IMG/VR virus record: IMGVR_UViG_3300036976_000011
Location: 26,408 to 90,407 of that record
Strand: one strand, 5' to 3'
Origin: a virus
Lineage: Duplodnaviria; Caudoviricetes
DNA length: 64,000 bases
The translations under genes were made by a program, and so were the position numbers. Below, in pieces: positions 7,921 to 17,217 of this stretch (its first letter is position 1; every line of letters begins with the position of its first letter). The notes under the pieces are model-generated. The model was not told where the DNA came from. It was given only the letters and a program-made list of their open reading frames with translations, and did no database searches.

Positions 7921-9851
7921 TAAATGGGCGGCAACTCCTGAGTCAATAGCCCAACCCCATGATACCAAACCCCGCTGCCGGCCCGCTTCTTTCTAAAGCC
8001 GATTCGTACCCAGTCAGAGGCAACCCGTGTCATTGACTTATATCTGTGCCCCGTCTCTGAGCACCACTGCTTATAGGCTTCATAAAGTTGCTTGCCGCTG
8101 ACTTTATAATCTGCTCCCTCTATACACATATCGTCAATGAAGGCGCGTTCAACATCGTTACTCTCTCGGTAGGCCGCCGTTGCGTCCTCAATTTCCGGCG
8201 ACTGCGCCCAACCGCTTTCTTCCAGGTCACGTAAGCCCCCAAGAGACCAGTTGAGAATGCCAGGCAGTTCGGAGATTAACTTATCCTTCAGGTTGACATC
8301 AGCCGCTTGGCCGTTGCGTCCAAAACAGGCACGAAAGGGAACGACCTTGACCCTGCGCCAGAACCCCTCGCTTGTGTCCGCTACCTTTGGTGGATTGTTC
8401 ATCGCCCACCAGATTTTGCATTCTGGCGTCAACTGAAAGGATTCTTTATATGGTGCTCTAACGGATGTTCTATCGCCGCTAATCAAGCCTTTTAGAATTG
8501 AGTCGGCAACCTTCAGGCCGACCGGGCTTTCAGAGCACAGCACCACTCTGACACCAGGCAGGTTGGCGAGTTGGTACGTGTCCCGTTCTAGCATTCCGAG
8601 ATTGAGGGACATTGACGCTGTGCCGCTCATTTCAGAGAGCACGCGCAAGAGTGTACTTTTCCCATTCGCGCCGTCGCCCTGCAACCAAAATGAGATTTCG
8701 TATTTCGTCCAAGCAGTGAGGGAGTAGCCAAAGGCTTGACGCATGAAATGAATCATCGTCTCGCATGGTTGGCCGTCCCTATCAATCAAGACCTGGTTCA
8801 AAAAATCAAGCCAGCGTGGACATTCCGCGTTCTGACTATAGTCAAAAGGCAGTTGTGTTGTCAAATATAGATCATAGCTCGCCGGTCTCATTTCGCCCGT
8901 AGCAATGTCCAGTACGCCATTGGTCAAGTTGATCCACTCTGGATGGGCGTCCACGGCACTTTCTGGCACTCCCATCATAGAATGCCCTTGTAGCCGCTCC
9001 TCAATGCTTGCCCGCTTGTGCTTCGACGGTGTAACGTCAAGGTCTTTCATGGCAATCATTTGGTCCCATATCTCATCTGTCGTGTCGCACTGGTCAGACC
9101 AAACGCCGCAATCGTCCCACTTGTACCATCTGGCGCGAGTATACATTCTCCGATTTTCGTGTTTTGCCTTGAAAGCATCGGCTATCATGTCATCAGTCGC
9201 CTTTGGCTTGATGGCCCTTTTAAGCTGTCGCTTTGAGGCGTTCCACATCTTCAAAATAGATGTGCGTGCATTTTTTAGCAGGGGGGGATGTCGCTCTATT
9301 TCGTCAATGACGGTGTGTATTTCAAGCTCTCCAAGCGCACCGCATTTTGAGACTATCGCCCGCGTCATGGCCGCTATGGGTGGCTCCTCTGCACTTGGGT
9401 CAGTCGCTTTCTTTAGCCAAAAGGTCGCCTGTACCGTTCGCAGTTCTTCAAGTTGAACCATGATTTCAGGGAGTTTGTAGGCTTTTGGGGCATCTTTAGA
9501 TTTCGTCTTTGACTTCTTTTTCTTCTCTAGCCCTATCACATCCCATGCGCTTTGCCCCGTCACCCCCGCGCACGTATTATGATGACAGTGATAAATCGCC
9601 GCGCCAGACGAAAAGACCTGGAAACCGTAACCAGTACCGCCATGATCTCCCGTCAAACAACCACCATCTGTGATTTCGTAATAATCAAAGTCAGATTGCT
9701 TTTTTAGGCTATACTGACGCCCCTTGTTCTTGAGATACTTCTTGATTTCTTCAACGATGTCAGTCGAGTCGCCCCGCTCACCGCTCCGCGACTCAGGTTT
9801 GCTTTTCAGCGCCGCCACCTGTCGCATGAGTTCAATCGTCAGAGTTTGCAT
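7920..9851 (-). CDS. P4/D5-family superfamily 3 helicase
   Basis: INLTNGVLD, Walker A GDGANGKST, Walker B region, WWAMN motif C, FWRRVKVVPF. Confidence 0.9.
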   Translation of the reverse strand: MQTLTIELMRQVAALKSKPESRSGERGDSTDIVEEIKKYLKNKGRQYSLKKQSDFDYYEITDGGCLTGDHGGTGYGFQVFSSGAAIYHCHHNTCAGVTGQSAWDVIGLEKKKKSKTKSKDAPKAYKLPEIMVQLEELRTVQATFWLKKATDPSAEEPPIAAMTRAIVSKCGALGELEIHTVIDEIERHPPLLKNARTSILKMWNASKRQLKRAIKPKATDDMIADAFKAKHENRRMYTRARWYKWDDCGVWSDQCDTTDEIWDQMIAMKDLDVTPSKHKRASIEERLQGHSMMGVPESAVDAHPEWINLTNGVLDIATGEMRPASYDLYLTTQLPFDYSQNAECPRWLDFLNQVLIDRDGQPCETMIHFMRQAFGYSLTAWTKYEISFWLQGDGANGKSTLLRVLSEMSGTASMSLNLGMLERDTYQLANLPGVRVVLCSESPVGLKVADSILKGLISGDRTSVRAPYKESFQLTPECKIWWAMNNPPKVADTSEGFWRRVKVVPFRACFGRNGQAADVNLKDKLISELPGILNWSLGGLRDLEESGWAQSPEIEDATAAYRESNDVERAFIDDMCIEGADYKVSGKQLYEAYKQWCSETGHRYKSMTRVASDWVRIGFRKKRAGSGVWYHGVGLLTQELPPI

Positions 9852-10561
9852 TTCTCTACCTCGTTTAGCAACAAGTGGGAGCGTCGGTGTATGCGCCCAA
9901 GCTCTGGTGAATGGTCGCCCTTGCGCGCCATTGTTCCGTACAGCTTTATACAGCGAGCAGCGTTTTTCAGAGTCACGTCAAAGTCAACCGTTTTAGTGGT
10001 GAATCTCTCTTGAAGCGTGGTATAAATATCGGCTATGAGTTTTGAAGATTTGTCATCGTTAGGAAGGTCTGGAAGTCTGTAAAGCCAGTGTCCGCCGTTG
10101 CCACTCATGGCGCGCAGGGGGGACGGCCACCCATTCAATTCTAGCCACTCCGCGCACCTTTCGCCCTGTTCAAGTGACGCGGCAAGCTCCTCGTCCGTAG
10201 CACTTATGCCAGTCGGTCGCACGGGGTCAAAGTCGAGAGTGAGCCAGCGTCTTACAAGAATCTCTTTATCCTTGGTAAATCCGCCCCTTTTCTGATAGTG
10301 CTTTAGCTGATTGTTCGCTCTGGCCCTACAATCAGAGTGAACCGGGTTCGGAATGATCCACACCGCTTCAGCCTTTCCGTCCACGCTCGCAACGGCGCGG
10401 GCCAGGGTCACTGGGTCGGTAAAGTATCCAACCGTGCTACCCTTGTACCCAATAGCCCGAACTTCCACGGTATCCCCCGGCAAGATGAAAAGTCGCGCCA
10501 CCTCTGTTACATAGTCAACGTCGTAGGGAGTTCGTGCGTGGAAGTCTTTGGGGTCAAACAT
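9839..10561 (-). CDS. AEP-superfamily primase (prim-pol)
   Basis: LTLDFDP, MSGNGGHWLYRL, FD..LKNAARCIKLYGT; adjacent to SF3 helicase. Confidence 0.8.
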   Translation of the reverse strand: MFDPKDFHARTPYDVDYVTEVARLFILPGDTVEVRAIGYKGSTVGYFTDPVTLARAVASVDGKAEAVWIIPNPVHSDCRARANNQLKHYQKRGGFTKDKEILVRRWLTLDFDPVRPTGISATDEELAASLEQGERCAEWLELNGWPSPLRAMSGNGGHWLYRLPDLPNDDKSSKLIADIYTTLQERFTTKTVDFDVTLKNAARCIKLYGTMARKGDHSPELGRIHRRSHLLLNEVEKCKL

Positions 10562-10751
10562 AATCGCTCCTAAAACAAAAAACGCCCACTATCTAACGTC
10601 CCCCGGAAACTGCACGGGGAGGGACGCCCCCAGGGGGGCGTTAGATACTGAGCGTTTTCGGCTTGAGTTCAGGTTCATAGCAGTTTCCTATTTTATTCAC
10701 AGGCACAGGCGTCCCATTCCCGCGCCGCCAGCGGGCCAGCCCGCCAAGTTT

Positions 10752-10780
10752 AGTATATCAAAATCGTCGTCGCTTGTCAA
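10752..10780 (-). promoter_or_regulatory. sigma70-type promoter for primase-helicase operon
   Basis: TTGACA-17 nt-TATACT. Confidence 0.65.
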
Positions 10781-11186
10781 ACCGTCTTTGTCTTGCCCTC
10801 ACCATCTCCCGCCACTTTAACCTCTCCTCAAGCCCCACCGCGAACTCAACCACGGCCTCACTCGCAGCCGGCGGCGGCCAAGACGCCAGCGCATAAACTG
10901 GCCTCTCGACCCGAACTATCCTATGCCTTTTCCCCTTGCACCCAGGATACCACTCACAAGACAGAAAGGGTCCATATTTGCCCGACCGCTCTACCATCTT
11001 GCCCCCACAGGCGAGGCAAAGTGGCTCTTGTGCTGGCTCTGTCCCGATTTCTTTCCAGCGCAACCAATGACCCTGGGGGCAGAGGAAGCGGGCGAACGGA
11101 GCGAGGTGATAAGGGTGCGCGGGGAGGGGCTGGGCGCAGAGAGGGCAGGCGAGGGGGATGGAAGGAAGCTCGATGCTGTCTGTCAC
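10758..11186 (-). CDS. topoisomerase-type C4 zinc-finger protein
   Basis: CLACGGKMVERSGKYGPFLSCEWYPGCK. Confidence 0.7.
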   Translation of the reverse strand: MTDSIELPSIPLACPLCAQPLPAHPYHLAPFARFLCPQGHWLRWKEIGTEPAQEPLCLACGGKMVERSGKYGPFLSCEWYPGCKGKRHRIVRVERPVYALASWPPPAASEAVVEFAVGLEERLKWREMVRARQRRFDKRRRF

Positions 11187-11444
11187 TGACTCAACTCCTT
11201 TACCACCCGAACAGCGCCAGTTGCCCGGCGCTTACTGAACCAGCAAATTTAAATAGGCGCACAATAGTCCAGGAATTACCACAACAAGCACAAAAATACT
11301 AGCGGCAATGTATGAAATCGTTACGATGTTCATGACTGCATTAACTATACCTGATTCAACAAATGAATCAATCATGCACTCTGTAACTTTTGCAACATTT
11401 GTGACATTAAGCATTTTTCGGATCTCGGCCATTGATCTCTCCTC

Positions 11445-11705
11445 TCAAAAACAAAAAGCCTTCTGTTCTTTCGTGGACAGGTGACGATCTTCTGCCCCAT
11501 GTCCAGTCTCGACCCACGCCAAAAAATCCACAATGACCTCACTCGCTATCGTAAAGTCAAGGTCAATATCACGTTCTGGTATAGGCCATGCCATATACTC
11601 TGGCTTGACTTCTCTGCCTTGTGCCAGCATTGTGTCGCGCCATGTTTTCCATACCGTGTACGCGCCATTGACCCTGGCATATTCGTGAATTTCCTTTGCG
11701 TTCAT
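11445..11705 (-). CDS. hypothetical protein
   Basis: Likely start MNAKEI after AGGAG RBS. Confidence 0.5.
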   Translation of the reverse strand: MNAKEIHEYARVNGAYTVWKTWRDTMLAQGREVKPEYMAWPIPERDIDLDFTIASEVIVDFLAWVETGHGAEDRHLSTKEQKAFCF

Positions 11706-11876
11706 GATTTCTCCTAAAACAAAAGACGTTCTCTGGCCTGTACCGTTGGCCGTTGGCAAGCTCTCCTAGCTAGAGAAAAACCGGTCAACGGTCCAGACCA
11801 AAAAACGCCTTTGCTACGCTATCTCTGCTAGACGGGCTTGCCATTCCCGCTGCGCTTCTTTTGCTCGCGCATTTCT

Positions 11877-11905
11877 ATCTTACACCATTCCGGCGTCGCT
11901 GTCAA
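11877..11905 (-). promoter_or_regulatory. sigma70-type promoter
   Basis: TTGACA-17 nt-TAAGAT in intergenic region. Confidence 0.65.
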
Positions 11906-11913
11906 GGGGTAAA

Positions 11914-12135
11914 CTAGACAACGCCTTGGTTCTCTGACCAATCTCTAACGGTGTCCTCACCAAGAAATTTAGCTATAGTCTTATCTATAGCTGATTGAAG
12001 TTTCGTCTGACAGGCGTCACACAAATGGCATCGCTGTGATCTGTTCGCACTATCAAAATATGAAAATCTCTTGTTGCAGAAAGTATAGGAGTTTGAACTT
12101 TCATAATCGCATTTCTCACATTTTATGATTATCAT
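11914..12135 (-). CDS. small zinc-finger protein (low GC)
   Basis: CEKC..LCDAC. Confidence 0.5.
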   Translation of the reverse strand: MIIIKCEKCDYESSNSYTFCNKRFSYFDSANRSQRCHLCDACQTKLQSAIDKTIAKFLGEDTVRDWSENQGVV

Positions 12136-12192
12136 TTGTCTTTCCCCTCAAAAGCAAAAACCGCTCAAGTCTGGCTGTGCAGCAAGATATAT

Positions 12193-12438
12193 TCATTCTC
12201 GCATGCGTGGACAAATCCACACGCCAGCATCAGTCGCCCATTCTATGTACGCCTCTTTCAGAACGTCATAATCAACGTCCCAGGTTCCATCGTAAGGGTC
12301 ATCCCCAACAGACAATCCCCTCTCTTTGCAAAAATCGAGAAAGTCCTGTTCTTCTTCAATGTTCAGTGAATTTAGGTCTCTGATTATTCCCCAATTGCCT
12401 TTTGTGGCGTTCCAGGCCCTTTTTCGTTCTTCGATCAT
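12193..12438 (-). CDS. hypothetical protein
   Basis: Start MIEER after AAGGAG RBS. Confidence 0.5.
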   Translation of the reverse strand: MIEERKRAWNATKGNWGIIRDLNSLNIEEEQDFLDFCKERGLSVGDDPYDGTWDVDYDVLKEAYIEWATDAGVWICPRMRE

Positions 12439-12507
12439 TGATTTCTCCTTCCTGAAACAAAAGCCACTCAAGTCTGGCTACCCGGCAAAGAGGTCTTGCC
12501 GGGCTGG

Positions 12508-12792
12508 CTATTGCTCTCCCCAGTGCTGAAATTCAACTATAGAATTGGTCCAGTGATTTGCCCAATCGTCAGCGTCGGCGTTGGCGTAGACTATTCCGTC
12601 AATGCACTCTACCTCTGCCCCTGCCGGTGTGGCAAGTTTCATGCTTTCGCCCCACGCGAATGTAATGTGTCCATACAGTTGATGGGGAGATCCGGCGCTG
12701 AATGTGTTAGTTGACCGCTCGTAGATGTCGCGTGCAATAGATGCGTCTTTCGCGCTTACAATTTTGTCATCGTCAAATCTGTAGAGGTGCAT
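12508..12792 (-). CDS. hypothetical protein
   Basis: AGGAG RBS before ATG. Confidence 0.5.
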   Translation of the reverse strand: MHLYRFDDDKIVSAKDASIARDIYERSTNTFSAGSPHQLYGHITFAWGESMKLATPAGAEVECIDGIVYANADADDWANHWTNSIVEFQHWGEQ

Positions 12793-13017
12793 GGTATCTC
12801 CTATTTGGCGTCAAATCCCATCGTATCTCATAGTCATCCGTCTCGGCTTTATCCGCGCATTCGGTCCAGTCTTGCACTTCAATATCACCATTTTTTTTCT
12901 GTGGCTCGCAAGTGACAGACGCGAATTTGATATGGTGTCGTCACGCGCCATTTAGACCGGTCGTTGCTCAGGCGATAGACCGGCATAGGATGATACTCAA
13001 ATCCACAATAGTGACAC

Positions 13018-13483
13018 TTATCCATGCTTGCACCTACCTTCTAGCCCACTTCTACAATACCATCCCAAATGGCCGCTGTCCACGTAGCCCAACTCGTGCA
13101 ACAGCGGCCATAGTATATCAATGGTGTGTCGGTGCATCATATCAAATTTCTCTCGACACGCTACGGATGATAGCCATTTCACGAATGTAGTGTCCCGGCA
13201 TAGACTCACCGCGCCAGTGCTCCGGGCGGTGAGGGTTGCACTCATAGTGGTGCTGAAGGGCTTGGCGGAAATTGACCTCATCCTGCTCTAATGGTTCAGC
13301 GCCGGTCAGGCGTGGGATGGTGAATTTGATGATGTAGAACGGCTGTTCCTGTGGACTGTATTTGCTCAGGTCGTGAATTCTGGCCTGCAGTTCAGGTACA
13401 CCCAACTCGCGGCACTGTTGCGCGACTAGTTCACGGTGTTGCTCCACTCGCTCTCTGTATGCCTGTACGTAGATATGATTCAT
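13018..13483 (-). pseudogene. DUF5662-like HD-type protein, apparently split across two frames
   Basis: HDLSK, HHY..NPHRPEHW..MP.HYIREM in 13142..13483; the expected C-terminal part (WL..MMHRHT..L..LGY) lies in frame 13018..13281. Confidence 0.45.
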
Positions 13484-13791
13484 TCTACCATCCCCAACGT
13501 CTCAGGGTCTAGCGTAATTAGCCCATGTGTCAGCTTGAAATCCTCAGCGCGGACTGCGACTACGGGGGTGAATTGGGCAAGGGCGGTGACGGTGCGCCCT
13601 TGCATGAGTCGTATAAATTGCCCCGTGTCGAGTTCGACACGGAACATGATCACCCCGCACTCGAACAGCAGGGTCATGGTTGATTGAGGCGTACCCGCGT
13701 TCTCATCTTTGTGTTCCTGTAGTCGCATGGTGACGTCGGCGGGGTCTTGGTTGATCTCGACCATTTCATCGTCAATTTCTATTTCCCACAT
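13480..13791 (-). CDS. hypothetical protein
   Basis: ATGA-type coupling with downstream gene. Confidence 0.5.
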   Translation of the reverse strand: MWEIEIDDEMVEINQDPADVTMRLQEHKDENAGTPQSTMTLLFECGVIMFRVELDTGQFIRLMQGRTVTALAQFTPVVAVRAEDFKLTHGLITLDPETLGMVE

Positions 13792-13795
13792 TGGT

Positions 13796-14767
13796 TCACC
13801 TCGCTACGCGTGCCCCCTGGTGATACTTGGCCGGCATTTCTCTCCACGCCACGCCATCCAGGTGGTGTCCGGCATGGGCTTTGCCGACGCGATACATCTC
13901 AGGCCAGCCGTCGCGCTGGTAAGTCCTTGACGCGGAAACCGGCATAATTTCATCAATAGTTTCCTGCGGCATGTTTACGGAATCTACCCATGCCCCCCAC
14001 TGCTTGAAAAAGTACTTAGTTCCGTTCGCCTGACATTGGTCCCGTAGACTTCGCGCCCAGTCAGGATGCATGGGGCGTGCGCCGAGGCCTGTCTCACCGC
14101 CAACAATCACGAGAGAAATTGCCCGACGCTCCGCTTTGCCAATATTCTCCCACTGCTCAGTATTACAGCAGTCGCAAAAAGAGCTACCATGTTGCCAATC
14201 GCGGCAGTTGGGACACCGCCACTGTTGCAGGTATGGTTCCAGGTCAATCTCAGACAACAGCGGTTCACAACTCACAAACCGCACTGCCGCTGGCGTCTGC
14301 AAAAGGAGCGGTATACGCTCGTCGGCGGCTTTCTGGTTCTCGATGGTGACGCCGAGCCACAGATTAGGATAGGCCGCCTCTTTGGCATGACGCCACAAAT
14401 ATGCCATGCGCTTGGGGCGCTTGGTCAGGATTTGAAATGTGTGCTGTGGACACTTTGCGATAATGGCGAGTACGTCAAAAATGAACGCATCAGGCACGTC
14501 ATCGTGAAACAAATCTCCCATAAACTGCACCCCAATCCGCGCTGGCTTCTTACGCCTTAGCGGTTTCTCAAGCCGGTCCTCAACCAACAGCGGCGGAATC
14601 TCGCCAGCGTAGGCCGCACGTTCATCGTCGGATATTTTTGGATTGCCAGCCAGTCGATTCGCCATGCGCAAGTGCCAGCAGTTGTCACAGCCTGCGGAAA
14701 TCGGCTGGCAGCGCATGACGATTGGATTCCAGCTAAAATCCATGTATTCTATGCCTGTCTTGTTCAT
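13796..14767 (-). CDS. phage Gp37/Gp68 (DUF5131) radical-SAM-like protein
   Basis: TGIEY..FSWNP..C..ISAGCDNC, MGDLFH, FQILTKRP, RFVSCEPLL, IVGGETG, FFKQWG. Confidence 0.9.
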   Translation of the reverse strand: MNKTGIEYMDFSWNPIVMRCQPISAGCDNCWHLRMANRLAGNPKISDDERAAYAGEIPPLLVEDRLEKPLRRKKPARIGVQFMGDLFHDDVPDAFIFDVLAIIAKCPQHTFQILTKRPKRMAYLWRHAKEAAYPNLWLGVTIENQKAADERIPLLLQTPAAVRFVSCEPLLSEIDLEPYLQQWRCPNCRDWQHGSSFCDCCNTEQWENIGKAERRAISLVIVGGETGLGARPMHPDWARSLRDQCQANGTKYFFKQWGAWVDSVNMPQETIDEIMPVSASRTYQRDGWPEMYRVGKAHAGHHLDGVAWREMPAKYHQGARVAR

Positions 14768-14905
14768 GTCAGATTCTCTCCTCAAGCAAATCCCTAACTG
14801 CCTCTTTCGCCTCATCGGCCTCTAATCCAAGCGTCCAGAATAGCACAAAGGCGCGGTCAAGCTGTTCATGCTTCAGATATTTTTGAATCTGGTCAACTAT
14901 CTCTA

Positions 14906-14996
14906 CGGTCCACCCTCGCGCCCACGGGGGAACCGAGAGACCGTAGTCTCTGGCGATTACCTGGTCACGGTCCACCCTCGCGCCCACGGGGGAACC
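14906..14996 (-). CRISPR. CRISPR mini-array: two identical 29-nt type I-E-like repeats and one 33-nt spacer
   Basis: Repeat GGTTCCCCCGTGGGCGCGAGGGTGGACCG at 14906-14934 and 14968-14996 (period 62); palindromic core and 8-nt 3' handle GTGGACCG as in I-E repeats; spacer TGACCAGGTAATCGCCAGAGACTACGGTCTCTC. Confidence 0.8.
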
Positions 14997-15163
14997 ACTA
15001 GGAATTTCCCGTGTAATGATTTCCCCGCGTGCATAGGGTTTTTAATGTCCAGTGTCCTCTCTGTGGCCCTCCCGTATTTTTCAACGGTACGACATCCACA
15101 GTCTTAGACACATTCACATTAAATTTGCAGACAATTGTCTCAGATGATCCGCTCTGACTCCGG

Positions 15164-16645
15164 CTAGCCGAAGCTGGAAGGCTTGTGCCTGCCATTTGCA
15201 GATTTAGCATCCCTAAACGCCATCTGTAGGAGCGGACCCGCACCCGACCAGCTTTCTTTCGCGTGGTCCGCGTTTAGGGTATCATTCTCGACACATCTTG
15301 CTAGAAATGCCGAGTAAAGATCACGTTGAGCCTCTATGCCACATTCGCACTCGTGCCAACGTTGCGACAGAGGTTTTTTCTCTATCGTGCCGCAGCCGTG
15401 GCATATCTGGCTCAGTCTGGTACGATACGTCGAAAACTCCTCGACCCGACCGCCCGCGCCCTCAGTCTTGCGTCGCAACATCTCAACGAACGTACCCGGT
15501 GCGCGCTTCCCGACCGATCTACCATACTGGCGCTGAAAGGCCCGGTAGGACAACTTTTCGGTCTTGACAACGTTGCCCATCCCAAGCACGCGGTTGGCAA
15601 GCCGGCCGTGCAGGCTCTTGCGGTACTCGGCCTGCCGGCGCTGCAACTCGGCCAGTTTCGCTTCCGTCTTGAGCATACGTTTGGACTTGTTGCGTGGTCT
15701 CTTGTCCTTGATGGCGCGCCCCTTTTCGTCGTAGCAGTCGGGGTTATTGGCACGCCGTTGTCGGTCCAACTTGCGCTGCAAAATCCGTATCTCGTGCTCG
15801 ATGTCCTCAAGCTCTGCGCAGAATTGGACCAGAAAGGCGTCGTCCTCGCCTACTACTGCGACGGTGGACGGCCCAATGTCTAGGCCGACGACAGCGCCGT
15901 CAACTGTGGGATGTCGTTGTAGGGGATGGCCCTCTAGCACCAACTGGGCGTAGAACCGGTTGCGCCCGCTGATGACCTTGAGGATGATGCGCACGTATTT
16001 GACCCGACAACCGAGGCCGTGGGCGTGGGTTGGGTCGTCCCGGTCCACGACGGCGGGTATTTCCAGGTCGCGCCACTGAACGTAATTGCCCTTGTCCCGC
16101 CAGCGCAAGCCCTGCAAGTTGGTGATGTTCTCCACGCTGCGCACCTGGCCGTACCGTTTGAATCTTGGCTTGCCGCAAAGGTCGCAGCGCCGGGTCTCTT
16201 TGGGTTTCTTGCACCTTCGACCATTCTTGCACGGCCTGTCGGTCCCAAACCGGTAACGGTTGACGCTCGTCCAAACACGAGCCGTAACAGCCTTGACCTC
16301 TTGGCTGCCCAGGTGGTCACGAATCCAGGAGTGTGTAAACTGTGTCGCCCAACTCATCAAATCGTATTTGCGTATGCCCACGGCTGCATCCGCTTGACGA
16401 AAGGCTTCTACCCGCGCCTTGTATTGTGCTTTTTGAGTAACCGTGGCGTCTTTCCCGTTTCTGCCCCTGGGCATCTTGCAGGCACGTCGGAAAGCCTTGG
16501 ACTCGCGCAACAACTTCAACCGCTTCAGGCCCTCGCCCAATACGGCGTTGTGAACCTGGCGGGCGGTCTCAAAGCGCACCAGGAGTTTTTTTTCCTGACA
16601 CGGCGTTGTCTTTAATGGCAATTCTAAAATAAATGTCTTGCTCAT
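15164..16645 (-). CDS. tnpB: TnpB-family RNA-guided endonuclease (IS200/IS605 OrfB / Cas12f-like)
   Basis: RuvC-I VGLDIG, RuvC-II KTEKL, zinc ribbon CHGC..CEC, RuvC-III QRDLYSA (D-E-D intact); no tnpA nearby. Confidence 0.9.
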   Translation of the reverse strand: MSKTFILELPLKTTPCQEKKLLVRFETARQVHNAVLGEGLKRLKLLRESKAFRRACKMPRGRNGKDATVTQKAQYKARVEAFRQADAAVGIRKYDLMSWATQFTHSWIRDHLGSQEVKAVTARVWTSVNRYRFGTDRPCKNGRRCKKPKETRRCDLCGKPRFKRYGQVRSVENITNLQGLRWRDKGNYVQWRDLEIPAVVDRDDPTHAHGLGCRVKYVRIILKVISGRNRFYAQLVLEGHPLQRHPTVDGAVVGLDIGPSTVAVVGEDDAFLVQFCAELEDIEHEIRILQRKLDRQRRANNPDCYDEKGRAIKDKRPRNKSKRMLKTEAKLAELQRRQAEYRKSLHGRLANRVLGMGNVVKTEKLSYRAFQRQYGRSVGKRAPGTFVEMLRRKTEGAGGRVEEFSTYRTRLSQICHGCGTIEKKPLSQRWHECECGIEAQRDLYSAFLARCVENDTLNADHAKESWSGAGPLLQMAFRDAKSANGRHKPSSFG

Positions 16646-16649
16646 TCTC

Positions 16650-16705
16650 TGGCCTAACAAAAAACCAACCCCGTCGGTGCTTGTTCCTGTCACAGAGTCA
16701 AGCCG
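16650..16705 (-). terminator. intrinsic terminator-like hairpin upstream of tnpB start
   Basis: CCAACCCCG/CGGGGTTGG 9-bp stem followed by TTTTTTG. Confidence 0.5.
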
Positions 16706-16783
16706 GGGTTGGCTAGCATCGCCAGTCTGGCGCTATGCCTAAAAAACAAAAAGCTCCGACCTGACTAACTCTGTGACGATTCT

Positions 16784-16812
16784 ATCGTATCATGGTTCAA
16801 GCATAGTGTCAA
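16784..16812 (-). promoter_or_regulatory. sigma70-type promoter upstream of tnpB leader
   Basis: TTGACA-17 nt-TACGAT with TG extended -10. Confidence 0.6.
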
Positions 16813-16902
16813 GCGGATCACCCTTCCCGCTTCAATCGTTTGGTGCGCAGTGCCCCTATCATACTCCCACTACGGCGATATGCAAGCCGCACAGCGTCAA
16901 AG

Positions 16903-17217
16903 CTATGCTAATTCCCACCTGCCCCGCTCTGGATTGACAACATGCCCCTTCTTTTTCGCCAGTGACAGGGCTGACCGCGTGTGCGGCAGTGATATCCCCA
17001 TGTGCGCCGCTATTCCCGCTGGCGTATGTCGTCCGTCACGGATAGCGGTAAGAATGGCTTCGCGGCGCATGGGCTTGCGCCCGTCTTTGGTGCTAGGGCA
17101 GCGCCCGACGAGAGGATACCAGCGGTATGAAGTATCACGATTGCGCTCCCTGCGCTGCATGACGGCGCAAAAGACACAACGGCGATACACGCCTTCCAGT
17201 CTCCACTTATGGGCCAT
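16903..17217 (-). CDS. Cys-motif plus C-terminal winged-HTH protein
   Basis: CVFC..C; AILTAIRDG..TPAGIAAHMGIS...RSALS..KKKGHV. Confidence 0.5.
   Translation of the reverse strand: MAHKWRLEGVYRRCVFCAVMQRRERNRDTSYRWYPLVGRCPSTKDGRKPMRREAILTAIRDGRHTPAGIAAHMGISLPHTRSALSLAKKKGHVVNPERGRWELA

Noticed and set aside
14769-14987. 72-aa gene spanning the mini-array
   Set aside because: Its first half is repeat-spacer sequence; only the last about 45 codons look protein-like (possible remnant)
15015-15043. Third CRISPR repeat
   Set aside because: Degenerate and only 18 nt from repeat 2, out of the 62-nt period
15164-16812. Complete IS200/IS605 or IS607 element
   Set aside because: No tnpA and no clearly identifiable left or right end hairpins
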